Source of the DNA: Bacteroidales bacterium
GTDB taxonomy: Bacteria; Bacteroidota; Bacteroidia; Bacteroidales; WCHB1-69
Length of the DNA stretch: 37,557 nt
Direction: 5' to 3'
NCBI GenBank assembly: GCA_031285725.1
Contig: JAITVP010000056.1
Coordinates: forward strand, 1-37,557
A program made the position numbers and the translations under genes. Under the pieces are notes generated by a model. It saw only the letters and a program-made list of their open reading frames with translations, ran no database searches and was not told where the DNA came from. Positions 1 through 8,721 of this stretch are shown here, piece after piece. Within the stretch, counting starts at the first letter, position 1; each line of letters starts with the position of its first letter.

Positions 1-266
1 CCGTAATCGTCATACGAAACGATAATCACACCCTCAGGACAATCAAAATAAGACTCCTCGCCGTTTTCATATTTGTTGAGGAGCGAAGCGGTGATGTGGA
101 AACTGAGCCGGCCGGAATCACTGAAAAAAATCTCAATGTCCTTGGCCGATTCTTCCGGAAATTTTCCGTCATATTCTTTAGGGGAAATGACGGAAAAATC
201 ATCATTGCAAGCCATAAAAAACACCATAACGAGACAAGTCGCTATGGTGTTTTTGTATTTTTTCAT
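1..266 (-). CDS. lptC: LPS export periplasmic protein LptC, N-terminal part (runs off left edge)
   Basis: Not in the ORF track. Manual translation from ATG at 266 gives MKKYKNTIATCLVMVFFMAC-NDD...PEESAKDIEIFFSDSGRLSFHITASLLNKY...YFDCPEGVIIVSYDD. Lipoprotein-like N-terminus and SDSG motif resemble Bacteroidetes LptC; coaX-OMP-TPR-lptC order is typical of Bacteroidetes. Confidence 0.75.
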   Translation of the reverse strand, partial: MKKYKNTIATCLVMVFFMACNDDFSVISPKEYDGKFPEESAKDIEIFFSDSGRLSFHITASLLNKYENGEESYFDCPEGVIIVSYDDY

Positions 267-286
267 ACCATATAAATTATAGTGTA

Positions 287-1726
287 TTAGCGGACGGTTG
301 TGTTTTCTTGTATCCAGCAGCCCACGCGGTAAGAATCGCCGGCTTTCAACGCGCGCATATTCTTATCACCTTCCGATGGGTAGGTCAATCCTGCCAGAGC
401 GGCTCTTGCGTCGCTGGCCACAGAAGAATCCACGGCCATCGCTCTATGGAACTTGTCGGCTGCCGCCCAGCTGGTAGCGTAAGGAAGCGCACCGTCCGTA
501 TTGCATTGTGAAGCAGAATAAGCATACAACTGACCGATCAAAATGTACGCCCGACCGAAATTGGGATTGATTCGCAACGCTTCCTGAGCGGCGCTTCTTG
601 CTCTAGAATATTCATTTTTCAATTGATAGCAAGAGGCCATTAAAAAATAGGCCATCACCTTGCTCTCGTTAGTTTCATACAGGCTAATTGCTTGTTGATA
701 ATAGCCGATCGCCTTGTCGTATTCTTTGGCTTTCAATGAGGAGTTTCCCAGCAGGAACGCACTGAACGCCGCCGGATTTTGCTCATGATAAAGCGACAAT
801 CCCTCCATGAAAACGGGAGAATCCACGCAGCCAGCCTTACTCATCGTTCTGACAATCTTGCCCACTACAGTTATATTGCTCTTGTTTTCAGCTAATTTAA
901 CAGCGTAAACTTTTTCCAATACTGAACACGGTGCATACGGCATGAAAATAAGCTCAATATTGGTCATCGTTTTTTGATAGTTGTCAACCAATTTCATTTG
1001 ACGTGCGGTGTCTTCGCTGGCCAATTTGAATTTTTTTTCGTAATCGACAGCCGAAATCCGGTTCGCTTCCCGCAACGAATCCAACACCGCTAACTCTGCC
1101 AACTGTTTTTCGTATTGTTTGTAAGCGTTTTCGATTGCCAAATCAATGGGTTCGCTGGCGCGTTCATAAGCCTCAATGATGTAGGTGGTATCCTTGTTCA
1201 TCTTCAACATGATTTCCGCTGTCCGCATATAATAATCCAAAATCGTGGGTTGTGATTTTTCCTTTTCCATATCGATGGATTTGACGAACAAGTCGTATGC
1301 TTTGGCATAATCGGTTCTCCGGCGATAGCGCATCAAATTGTAGCCTTGGAATCCAAAGCCGCTACCTTCCGAGAAATTTTCAGGAAAATGGATGTGTCGC
1401 ACTTGGTAAGACCAGAGCAACGAGTCGATCAGTCTCTCTTTTCTTACAGAATCTTCTTCGTCTTTGATCAAATTATCGAACATATTTTGCGAATAGCTAA
1501 ACAGTGCGGACCAAGAACGGGGACAAGCGTTCACCAAATCTTGCCAATATTCGTACGCTTTCTGGTAATCTTTTTGCGTGTAATAGGTTCTGAATCCGTT
1601 GAGATTCTCAATACATTTGATGGAATCCTCCGGATTTGCCCCATATTTGAAAGTGACTGTTTTTTGTGCCTGCAGGGCGGTAATGCTAATTAATAAAACT
1701 GAAATTAATAGACTTACTTTCTTCAT
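287..1726 (-). CDS. Secreted tetratricopeptide-repeat protein
   Basis: Signal peptide MKKVSLLISVLLISITALQA-Q (alternative start 1738); TPR helices (KEYDKAIGYYQQAI, YSRARSAAQEALRINPNFGRAYILIG); C-terminal VGCWIQENTTVR. Confidence 0.85.
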   Translation of the reverse strand: MKKVSLLISVLLISITALQAQKTVTFKYGANPEDSIKCIENLNGFRTYYTQKDYQKAYEYWQDLVNACPRSWSALFSYSQNMFDNLIKDEEDSVRKERLIDSLLWSYQVRHIHFPENFSEGSGFGFQGYNLMRYRRRTDYAKAYDLFVKSIDMEKEKSQPTILDYYMRTAEIMLKMNKDTTYIIEAYERASEPIDLAIENAYKQYEKQLAELAVLDSLREANRISAVDYEKKFKLASEDTARQMKLVDNYQKTMTNIELIFMPYAPCSVLEKVYAVKLAENKSNITVVGKIVRTMSKAGCVDSPVFMEGLSLYHEQNPAAFSAFLLGNSSLKAKEYDKAIGYYQQAISLYETNESKVMAYFLMASCYQLKNEYSRARSAAQEALRINPNFGRAYILIGQLYAYSASQCNTDGALPYATSWAAADKFHRAMAVDSSVASDARAALAGLTYPSEGDKNMRALKAGDSYRVGCWIQENTTVR

Positions 1727-1791
1727 GTTTTTAACCATAACTACATTAATACTTATTTTTCTGGATAATTAACTTTAAAATCCAACTTTTA

Positions 1792-3060
1792 TTATTCCAA
1801 ACGAGTCCGTTGGTACCACTTTTCTTGTAAGATGAAATTGAAGGATATTTTGAGATAATCCTGCAAAATCAGATCGTAGGAAGTGGTTCCCATCCGCCCG
1901 TATTCAAAAACGATGTTGATAGTGGAGTTGGTGTTGAACGTTTGGAGCGGAATCCCGATTCCCAAGGAGATATTATACTCTGATAACACTTTCTCGTTGA
2001 GGGTTAGATAACCGGTGGAGTGCTTGAATCCGGCGCGGTATCTCAACTTCTTGAAAAACTTGGGCGATGCGGGATCTGCGCAGTATTGCAAACCGATAGA
2101 GGTTATCCAATTGTTGGAGAGGGAGTCGCTTTTCCCCATGCTTTCAAATTTCTTCCAATTTTGCCACGTCACATCCGCTCCGATAAGCCAAACATTTTTG
2201 AATGAATAAGATAGACCGGCTCCGATGGATTGTGGCAACTTCATCGTCCCTTTCACAGCTGCCGTACTGACAATGGTGTCCAAGGTATAGGAAGCATCGT
2301 ATTCTCCCGTGTAGTTTCCGATCATCAAGTCTTGCTTCACTCCGATATAGGCGGAATTTTCATATACCAATCCGAAACCCAGCTTGTGATTTTCCTTGAG
2401 CGGGAGGAAATATTGAAGACCTGCGGAGAGGTACAAACCGTCCACTTTGTCGCGTTGATCTATTCTCGTGTTAAAAAAATAATTCTCGTTATATTCGGCA
2501 TAGCGGGTATCGTGGAGCGTGCCCCACAAGTAGGATAGATTCAGCCCGATAGAGAGATTTCTCGTCAGTCGGAAAGCGTTTCCCCAGTACACTTGGTTCA
2601 GTCCGCCATCGCCTTCGTAGCGGTAGCTATAGCCTTCGTGGCCCGTATCATTGATTTTGTAACCTACATCGCTGAACGGCAACACACCGAGACTGGTGCG
2701 CCAGAACTTCGCCACTGAAAATCCAATGGTTAGATAATTGAACCGAGCCAGCGTGTTTTTTTGATTCATATCCGTGTTTTTCAAAGAGATAGAAGATGTT
2801 GAAAACGCAACATCAGCGATAAAAGAGAGCGAATCGAATGCGATGTAAGACGCCGGATTTTTATAGTTTACAAAACGGTTGCTTTGGATGGCATAGGAAG
2901 TTCCACCCATAGCACTGAGCGATGCGTTGGTGGTGTTACTCAAAATACCAATCCCAAAACCCGAGTAAGGTGAACTGATCCCCGTTTGTGCGTTTCCGAT
3001 GATGTGGATTCCCATCAGGATGATTAACGTAACGACCAGGATATTAAATTTTTTCAGCAT
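1792..3060 (-). CDS. Outer-membrane beta-barrel protein, FadL/OmpP1-like
   Basis: Signal peptide; SPYSGFGIG, AMGG and NPAS N-terminal motifs; GxGGLNQVYWG; amphipathic beta strands; lies between coaX and the TPR gene. Confidence 0.75.
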   Translation of the reverse strand: MLKKFNILVVTLIILMGIHIIGNAQTGISSPYSGFGIGILSNTTNASLSAMGGTSYAIQSNRFVNYKNPASYIAFDSLSFIADVAFSTSSISLKNTDMNQKNTLARFNYLTIGFSVAKFWRTSLGVLPFSDVGYKINDTGHEGYSYRYEGDGGLNQVYWGNAFRLTRNLSIGLNLSYLWGTLHDTRYAEYNENYFFNTRIDQRDKVDGLYLSAGLQYFLPLKENHKLGFGLVYENSAYIGVKQDLMIGNYTGEYDASYTLDTIVSTAAVKGTMKLPQSIGAGLSYSFKNVWLIGADVTWQNWKKFESMGKSDSLSNNWITSIGLQYCADPASPKFFKKLRYRAGFKHSTGYLTLNEKVLSEYNISLGIGIPLQTFNTNSTINIVFEYGRMGTTSYDLILQDYLKISFNFILQEKWYQRTRLE

Positions 3061-3775
3061 TTATTTTTAGTATTTCATGTAACCCTTTCAGGATAAAATT
3101 AGAGTCGGCAAATATCACATTTTTCACCGACTTTTGCAAGTACTCCGCATCGCCGCCCGTCAGTACCGTTTTGAGGAGAGGATAATTTTTTTGGTATTGA
3201 TTCATAAATCCTTGTATCTCAAAAACAAGCCCATTGATAACGCCGCTTTTGATAGATTGTTGTGTATCGTTGCCTACATAATAATCAATTTCATTTTTAC
3301 TCACTAACGGTAATTTTCCGGTGTATTGTTTCAGGGCGTTGAAGCGCATCTCCAAGCCCGGTGAAATCGCACCGCCGTGGTAAGCGCCGTGACGGTCAGT
3401 GAAATCATAAACGACACAAGTGCCCGCTTGGATAGACAATACATCCTCATCCGGAAAATAACAGGCGGCGGCCACGGCGTTGGCGATACGATCCAGTCCC
3501 AGCGTATGGGGGGAGGTGTAATTCAACGTGATCGGTAAGCGCAAAGTATGGGAGAACGAAACCGCCAGCGTGTGACTTGCGAGAAATGCCGTCCAATCAG
3601 GCATTATTGCCCGCACCGAAGAGACCATGGACCGTTTGACGGAATATGTTTCGCAAAGCGATTCAATTGTTTTTAATAAAATATCTTCTTGTTTATCAAA
3701 AAAAAACAACGTGCCATCCGGATCGAAAATCCCGATCTTGCACAAGGTGTTGCCGATGTCGATGACTAAATCCAT
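3044..3775 (-). CDS. coaX: Type III pantothenate kinase
   Basis: MDLVIDIGNT, LGLDR, AGT, GGAISPG and TGGD motifs; start moved to ATG at 3775. Confidence 0.95.
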   Translation of the reverse strand: MDLVIDIGNTLCKIGIFDPDGTLFFFDKQEDILLKTIESLCETYSVKRSMVSSVRAIMPDWTAFLASHTLAVSFSHTLRLPITLNYTSPHTLGLDRIANAVAAACYFPDEDVLSIQAGTCVVYDFTDRHGAYHGGAISPGLEMRFNALKQYTGKLPLVSKNEIDYYVGNDTQQSIKSGVINGLVFEIQGFMNQYQKNYPLLKTVLTGGDAEYLQKSVKNVIFADSNFILKGLHEILKINAEKI

Positions 3776-3796
3776 GATTATGCTCTTCAAAAACGG

Positions 3797-3825
3797 CAAA
3801 GGTACGAAGTTTTTCGCTACCTTTG
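3797..3825. promoter_or_regulatory. Back-to-back Bacteroidetes -7 promoter boxes for coaX and dprA
   Basis: TACCTTTG on the minus strand (3797-3804) and on the plus strand (3818-3825); both match TAnnTTTG. Confidence 0.75.
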
Positions 3826-3844
3826 CTCCTCTAAAATCACTCCG

Positions 3845-4945
3845 ATGCTCAACGAAACTCTCTGCCGCTTGGCACTACAGTACCTGCCCAATTATGGCAA
3901 TGTCATCATCAAAAAAATCATTGAAGAGACTGGCAGCGCGCACGCTGTTTTTCACGATGTCGCTTTGCACAAACATTTCATTAAAAAGATTAACCGGGCG
4001 TTGTCCCGGCCGGTCATCACGGACGAAATCCGGAGGAAAATCGAGGATGAACTCGCATGGATGTCGGCCAACCACGTGAATATCTGTTTCGTGGCGGATG
4101 AGAATTATCCCCATCGTTTTCAAAATTGCAACGATACACCGTATATGTTTTATTATAAGGGGAATGGCCATTTTAACCGACAAAAAAGCGTGGCTATTGT
4201 GGGCACGCGTAATGCTTCAATTTATGGGAAAGAGGTTGTGAAAAAGATCATTTCCGAATTGGCTGCATGTAACTTATCCATTGTCAGTGGGTTGGCAGAG
4301 GGGATCGACACCATGGCTCACGAAGGGGCGTTGGCCTACAACCTTCACACCATTGCCGTGCTGGGTTCCGGCTTAGGTCGAATCTATCCTGACTCTAACC
4401 ACAAACTGGCCCGTGACATGGTGGAGCAAGGTGGGTCGCTGATTTCGGAGTTTCCCTACAGAACTATCCCCGACCGGGGCAACTTCCCTAAGCGTAACCG
4501 GATCATCGCCGCCTTGGCCGATGTGGTGATCGTAGCCGAAAGCGCGCTCAAGGGTGGTAGCATTATCACCGCATACATCGCCCACTCTTACAACCGCGAC
4601 ATTTTCGCCGTACCTGGTTCAGTGTTTCAGGGCTCGTCAGCGGGTTGCCACGAACTGATCCGGCGAAACATCGCTGGCATCATCACTTCCGGCAAGGAAC
4701 TCATGGAGATGATGCGCTGGTGCGATGAAAAACCCAAAACGGTGCAACGCGCGTTGTTCCTTGACCTTACGGAAGAAGAGAAAACGCTTACCACTCTCAT
4801 CGAATACCATGGCGAGTGTCCCATTGATATTATCAACGGTACTGTAAGCAACCTCACTCCCAGCAAAATAGCCGGAATATTGCTGGGACTCGAACTGAAA
4901 GGGGTATTGGAGTGCCGACCCGGAAAAGTATATCGGATGATATAA
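3845..4945 (+). CDS. dprA: DNA-processing protein DprA (Smf)
   Basis: VAIVGTR, IVSGLAEGID, FPKRNRIIA, GGSIITA and AVPG motifs; C-terminal winged helix LELKG. Confidence 0.95.
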   Translation: MLNETLCRLALQYLPNYGNVIIKKIIEETGSAHAVFHDVALHKHFIKKINRALSRPVITDEIRRKIEDELAWMSANHVNICFVADENYPHRFQNCNDTPYMFYYKGNGHFNRQKSVAIVGTRNASIYGKEVVKKIISELAACNLSIVSGLAEGIDTMAHEGALAYNLHTIAVLGSGLGRIYPDSNHKLARDMVEQGGSLISEFPYRTIPDRGNFPKRNRIIAALADVVIVAESALKGGSIITAYIAHSYNRDIFAVPGSVFQGSSAGCHELIRRNIAGIITSGKELMEMMRWCDEKPKTVQRALFLDLTEEEKTLTTLIEYHGECPIDIINGTVSNLTPSKIAGILLGLELKGVLECRPGKVYRMI

Positions 4946-4974
4946 ACAGGAAAAAAAGGCAAAAGATAATTATG

Positions 4975-4982
4975 TACCTTTG
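4975..4982 (+). promoter_or_regulatory. -7 promoter box for lipoprotein/radical SAM pair
   Basis: TACCTTTG ends 24 nt upstream of ATG 5007. Confidence 0.65.
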
Positions 4983-5006
4983 CGCATCGTTAAAGATCCA
5001 AACACT

Positions 5007-5435
5007 ATGAAAAAAATCGAATTAAAAACAAGAAAATGGCTTCGTACTCTTTTTGGCTGTGTCAGTTTGACTGCCGTGGCTTTTGTATTTCAGGCGTGTT
5101 ATGGAACAGGTCCTGATGAGTCTTTTGATGTGAAATTGACAGGCATGGTGACTTCGAAAAGTACCAATTTGCCGGTAAAAGGAATAACTGTTACGGTCAA
5201 TGAAGGCATTAATTATGGAATTACCGATGAGGACGGCAATTTTGATTTTTACGCCAGCATTAAACCTTTTGATTATTATAAAGACAGTGTGCATTATACT
5301 CCCGACAGCGTGAGAATCAATTTTTTAGACACTGACGGCGTTGAAAACGGCTTTTTCGTTGACACGATGATCATCATCAACCCCGTTAGCCAAGATGAGG
5401 CGAAAATCTTTATGGAGTTGGAAGAAAAGCAGTGA
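5007..5435 (+). CDS. Radical SAM-associated putative lipoprotein (TIGR04134-like)
   Basis: Basic N-terminus, hydrophobic stretch, lipobox FQA-C followed by YG; carboxypeptidase-regulatory-like Ig segment (GMVTSK..PVKGI..TDEDGNF) and DTDGVENG motif; 4-nt overlap with the radical SAM gene. Confidence 0.8.
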   Translation: MKKIELKTRKWLRTLFGCVSLTAVAFVFQACYGTGPDESFDVKLTGMVTSKSTNLPVKGITVTVNEGINYGITDEDGNFDFYASIKPFDYYKDSVHYTPDSVRINFLDTDGVENGFFVDTMIIINPVSQDEAKIFMELEEKQ

Positions 5436-6571
5436 AAAAGGTCATAAAACGAATCATTTCCATATTCCTCCATCGCATTTTTCGTAAAAACGAAACTAAG
5501 TTACATATTCTCAACTATTTGTTTTGGGAGTGTACGTGGCGTTGCAATTTAAACTGCCTGCATTGCGGTTCCGATTGCCAGGCCAGCAGTACTGTTCCCG
5601 ATATGCCGTTTGAGGATTTTCTCGACGCTATCCAGCCGCTGAAGAGACACTATCCCAAAAATTCCATCTTGGTTGTGATCACTGGTGGCGAACCGTTGCT
5701 GCGGCAAGATTTGGCGGAGTGTGGTAAACGATTGCGCGACAAGGGTTTCCGCTGGAGCATGGTCACCAACGGCTACGCTTATGATGAGGCGATGCATGCT
5801 AAACTAGTCTCGGCGGGAATGGGTAGCATTACCGTGAGTTTGGATGGCTTAGAGACAAACCACAACTGGCTGAGAAACAATCCGAAAAGTTTCGACCGTG
5901 CAGTGAAAGCATTGGAACTGATTATCTCGTATCCTCGTCTGAATTACGATGTTGTCACGTGTGTAAATCAACGGAATGTGTTGGAACTTTCTGAATTGAA
6001 AGAGTTCTTGATTTCAAAAAAGATAAAAAAATGGCGCATTTTCACCATCGCTCCCATTGGCAGGGCGGACGAAAGTCCAGAGATGATGTTGACCAACGAG
6101 CAAACCCGGCAACTGATGGACTTTATCGCCGACACGCGCCGACACGACCCCCGCATAGCACTCACTTTCAGTTGTGAAAGCTACGTCGGCGACTACGAGA
6201 AGAAGGTGCGTGACAGCTATTTTTTTTGCCGTGCCGGTATTAACATTGGTTCGGTGTTGATCGATGGCGGCATCTCCGCCTGCCCGAATATCGACCGGAA
6301 TTTTGTGCAAGGCAACATCCACACAGATAATTTGTTAGATGTGTGGGAAAACCGTTTCGAGGTGATGCGAAACCGGCAATGGTGCAGAACGGGCATTTGC
6401 AGAAATTGTAAAGATTTCAAACATTGCAACGGCGGGGCCATGCACCTTTGGAATGTGGAACGGGAAGGGATAAAGGGGTGTGTGAAGGAGAAGATTCATT
6501 CCATTTCCGAAACTCAAAGCGAGCGCACCGTTTGCCTTGGGCCAGTCCACGACTATTTGGAGGGATTATAA
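5432..6571 (+). CDS. Radical SAM/SPASM protein (TIGR04133-like, rSAM/lipoprotein system)
   Basis: LFWECTWRCNLNCLHCGSDC (CxxxCxxC), ITGGEP, and SPASM cysteines FCRAG..SACP..C..C..C..CNGGAMH. Confidence 0.88.
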   Translation: MKKVIKRIISIFLHRIFRKNETKLHILNYLFWECTWRCNLNCLHCGSDCQASSTVPDMPFEDFLDAIQPLKRHYPKNSILVVITGGEPLLRQDLAECGKRLRDKGFRWSMVTNGYAYDEAMHAKLVSAGMGSITVSLDGLETNHNWLRNNPKSFDRAVKALELIISYPRLNYDVVTCVNQRNVLELSELKEFLISKKIKKWRIFTIAPIGRADESPEMMLTNEQTRQLMDFIADTRRHDPRIALTFSCESYVGDYEKKVRDSYFFCRAGINIGSVLIDGGISACPNIDRNFVQGNIHTDNLLDVWENRFEVMRNRQWCRTGICRNCKDFKHCNGGAMHLWNVEREGIKGCVKEKIHSISETQSERTVCLGPVHDYLEGL

Positions 6572-6626
6572 CATTCTACTGTTCAAAACTCATCTTTCCA
6601 TAAAGTATTAACTGTTGTTTTTTTAT

Positions 6627-6634
6627 TACTTTTG
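6627..6634 (+). promoter_or_regulatory. -7 promoter box upstream of ddl
   Basis: TACTTTTG shortly before ATGs at 6651 and 6657. Confidence 0.6.
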
Positions 6635-6656
6635 CAAGATTTATAAGTTTATGATT

Positions 6657-7634
6657 ATGAAAATAATAGCCATATTAATGGGTGGCGATTCGGGGGAGTA
6701 TGAGATCTCGCTGAAGACCGCGGCCAATATTTTCGAAGTAGTGGATCGGACGAAATATGTTCCGTATCTGATCCATCTGAAAGGAAATTCTTGGAGCTAT
6801 ACAGATTCGGAAAATGTAGTATATCAGATAGATAAAAATGATTTTTCTTTACAGATTTCCGATAAGAAGGTTGCGTTCGACACCGTTTTCATTGCCATTC
6901 ACGGCAATCCCGGGGAGAACGGGCATTTGCAGGGATATTTCGATATGTTGAAGATTCCGTATACCGGTTGCGATCTGTTTACCTCGGCGCTCACGTTTAA
7001 CAAGTTTTTCTGCAATATGGCGGTGAAACAGTTCGGTTTTCCCGTTTCTTCGTCATTGCACTTCTACCATGATGAAAAAATGGATTACGAAAAGATCGAG
7101 GAAATGTGTGGTTACCCATGTTTTGTAAAACCTTGTAATTCTGGTTCCAGCGTGGGGGTTACGAAAGTCCGTGATCGCCAAGAACTGGTCAATGCACTGG
7201 TGTTGGCGTTTGAATTCGACGACCAAGTGATGGTCGAAAAATTCATCCCTGGTCGAGAGATGACCTGCGGTGTGGTGAAACTGGACGGACAAGTGAAAGC
7301 GATGGCGGTGACTGAAATTCTGAGTAAGAAGGAATATTACGACTACGAAGCCAAATACACGCCCGGATTTTTGGAATTGGTAACCCCGGCCGAGATCGAC
7401 TTCTTGTTGGAAAGTCAAATCCTCTCGTATTCCGAAAAAATTTTTACCCGACTGGGTTGCCGCGGAGTAGTGCGCATCGACTATATCGTCACCGCTGAAG
7501 GTGTGCCCTATTTTTTAGAAATCAACACGATACCGGGACAAACCGCCATGAGTATCATCCCGCGGCAGGTGCGATACCGAGGATGGGATATCAAAGATTT
7601 TTATAGTAGTTTGATAGAAGAATCATTTTATTGA
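6657..7634 (+). CDS. ddl: D-alanine--D-alanine ligase
   Basis: GGDSGEYEISL, HGNPGENG, FVKP..GSSVGV, YDYEAKY and EINTIPG motifs. Confidence 0.95.
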   Translation: MKIIAILMGGDSGEYEISLKTAANIFEVVDRTKYVPYLIHLKGNSWSYTDSENVVYQIDKNDFSLQISDKKVAFDTVFIAIHGNPGENGHLQGYFDMLKIPYTGCDLFTSALTFNKFFCNMAVKQFGFPVSSSLHFYHDEKMDYEKIEEMCGYPCFVKPCNSGSSVGVTKVRDRQELVNALVLAFEFDDQVMVEKFIPGREMTCGVVKLDGQVKAMAVTEILSKKEYYDYEAKYTPGFLELVTPAEIDFLLESQILSYSEKIFTRLGCRGVVRIDYIVTAEGVPYFLEINTIPGQTAMSIIPRQVRYRGWDIKDFYSSLIEESFY

Positions 7635-7671
7635 TGGGACACGGATTGAGCGGATTTTAAAACATGAAAAC

Positions 7672-8718
7672 ATGAAAAGAGATTTTTTACTGATACTGTT
7701 GATTTTATTTACAACTTCAACTTTAGTAGCACAGTACACGGAGAAGGATATTCATTTGTATATCGAAAAGTATAAAGATCTGGCGATTCAGAAAATGTAT
7801 GAATATAAAATCCCGGCCAGCATTACGTTAGCACAAGGAGTTTTCGAGAGTGCTTGCGGCACCAGTCGTTTGGCAACTTATGGAAACAATCATTTCGGGA
7901 TAAAATGCCACAAAGAGTGGACGGGCGACACGCTGTTGGTGGATGATGATGCGCTGGGTGAATGTTTCCGGAAATACGAAAGGGTAGAGGAGTCCTTCAA
8001 CGATCACTCCCTTTTCTTGACGAGTCGTTCCCGCTACGAAAAGCTGTTCACGTTAGACATTATGGACTATGAAGCTTGGGCACACGGGCTTAAAACGGCC
8101 GGTTATGCGACCAATCCGCAATACGCCCACCGGTTGATCAGCCTGATCGAAAGGTTCGATATAGCCAAACATGATACTACTTATATAGAACGGTTGGAGT
8201 CAGGTTACTTTGAAAGGGAGGCGGAAGTAGAGCTGCAACCGCAAGTTACGGAAACGGTTACAGATAAAATTTCTATAGGGGACAAACCGGCGAAAGAGAC
8301 ACCGACAGCGGTGCAGGCAGGTTCACGGGTCTATTTCAAGGCGGATCCGAAGCAGTACAAACCGGTAAGCTATCCGTTTTCTGATCGTGCTGTGTATGAG
8401 AATAATAGAGTGCATTTTGTTATTACGGAAGAGGGGGAAACATTTGCGAGCATCGGGCAGGATGTGCAATTGACGGCGGCGGTCTTGCGGTCGTATAATA
8501 ACGCCGAGGCGGGCACTGAACCGCAACCGGGCGAGGTGATCTACGTGGAACGCAAGGTGAAAACCCACCCGATCGGTGTGCATATCGTGAAATCCGGTGA
8601 AACATTGCGCTTTATTTCGCAACAGTATGGAATAAGATTAGATATGCTATTGAGATACAATAATTTGAAGATAGATTCGATTATTCATCCGGAACAAGAA
8701 ATAAAACTTAAAAAATAG
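7672..8718 (+). CDS. GH73 glucosaminidase with C-terminal LysM domains (catalytic motifs intact)
   Basis: Signal peptide; IPASITLAQGVFES (catalytic Glu), NNHFGIKC and GYATNPQY; LysM HIVKSGETLRFISQQYGI. Confidence 0.9.
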   Translation: MKRDFLLILLILFTTSTLVAQYTEKDIHLYIEKYKDLAIQKMYEYKIPASITLAQGVFESACGTSRLATYGNNHFGIKCHKEWTGDTLLVDDDALGECFRKYERVEESFNDHSLFLTSRSRYEKLFTLDIMDYEAWAHGLKTAGYATNPQYAHRLISLIERFDIAKHDTTYIERLESGYFEREAEVELQPQVTETVTDKISIGDKPAKETPTAVQAGSRVYFKADPKQYKPVSYPFSDRAVYENNRVHFVITEEGETFASIGQDVQLTAAVLRSYNNAEAGTEPQPGEVIYVERKVKTHPIGVHIVKSGETLRFISQQYGIRLDMLLRYNNLKIDSIIHPEQEIKLKK

Positions 8719-8721
8719 ATT

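Noticed and set aside
73-282. 69-aa plus-strand ORF
   Set aside because: Antisense shadow of the lptC-like reading frame, which the track missed because it runs off the edge.
3796-3826. Hairpin GCAAAGGTA...TACCTTTGC as a terminator or ncRNA
   Set aside because: Explained by two divergent TACCTTTG promoter boxes between divergently transcribed genes.
6496-6571. Extra C-terminal tail on the radical SAM protein as a fused substrate peptide
   Set aside because: No YG or other recognisable motif; more likely stop-codon drift, and not assessable without alignments.
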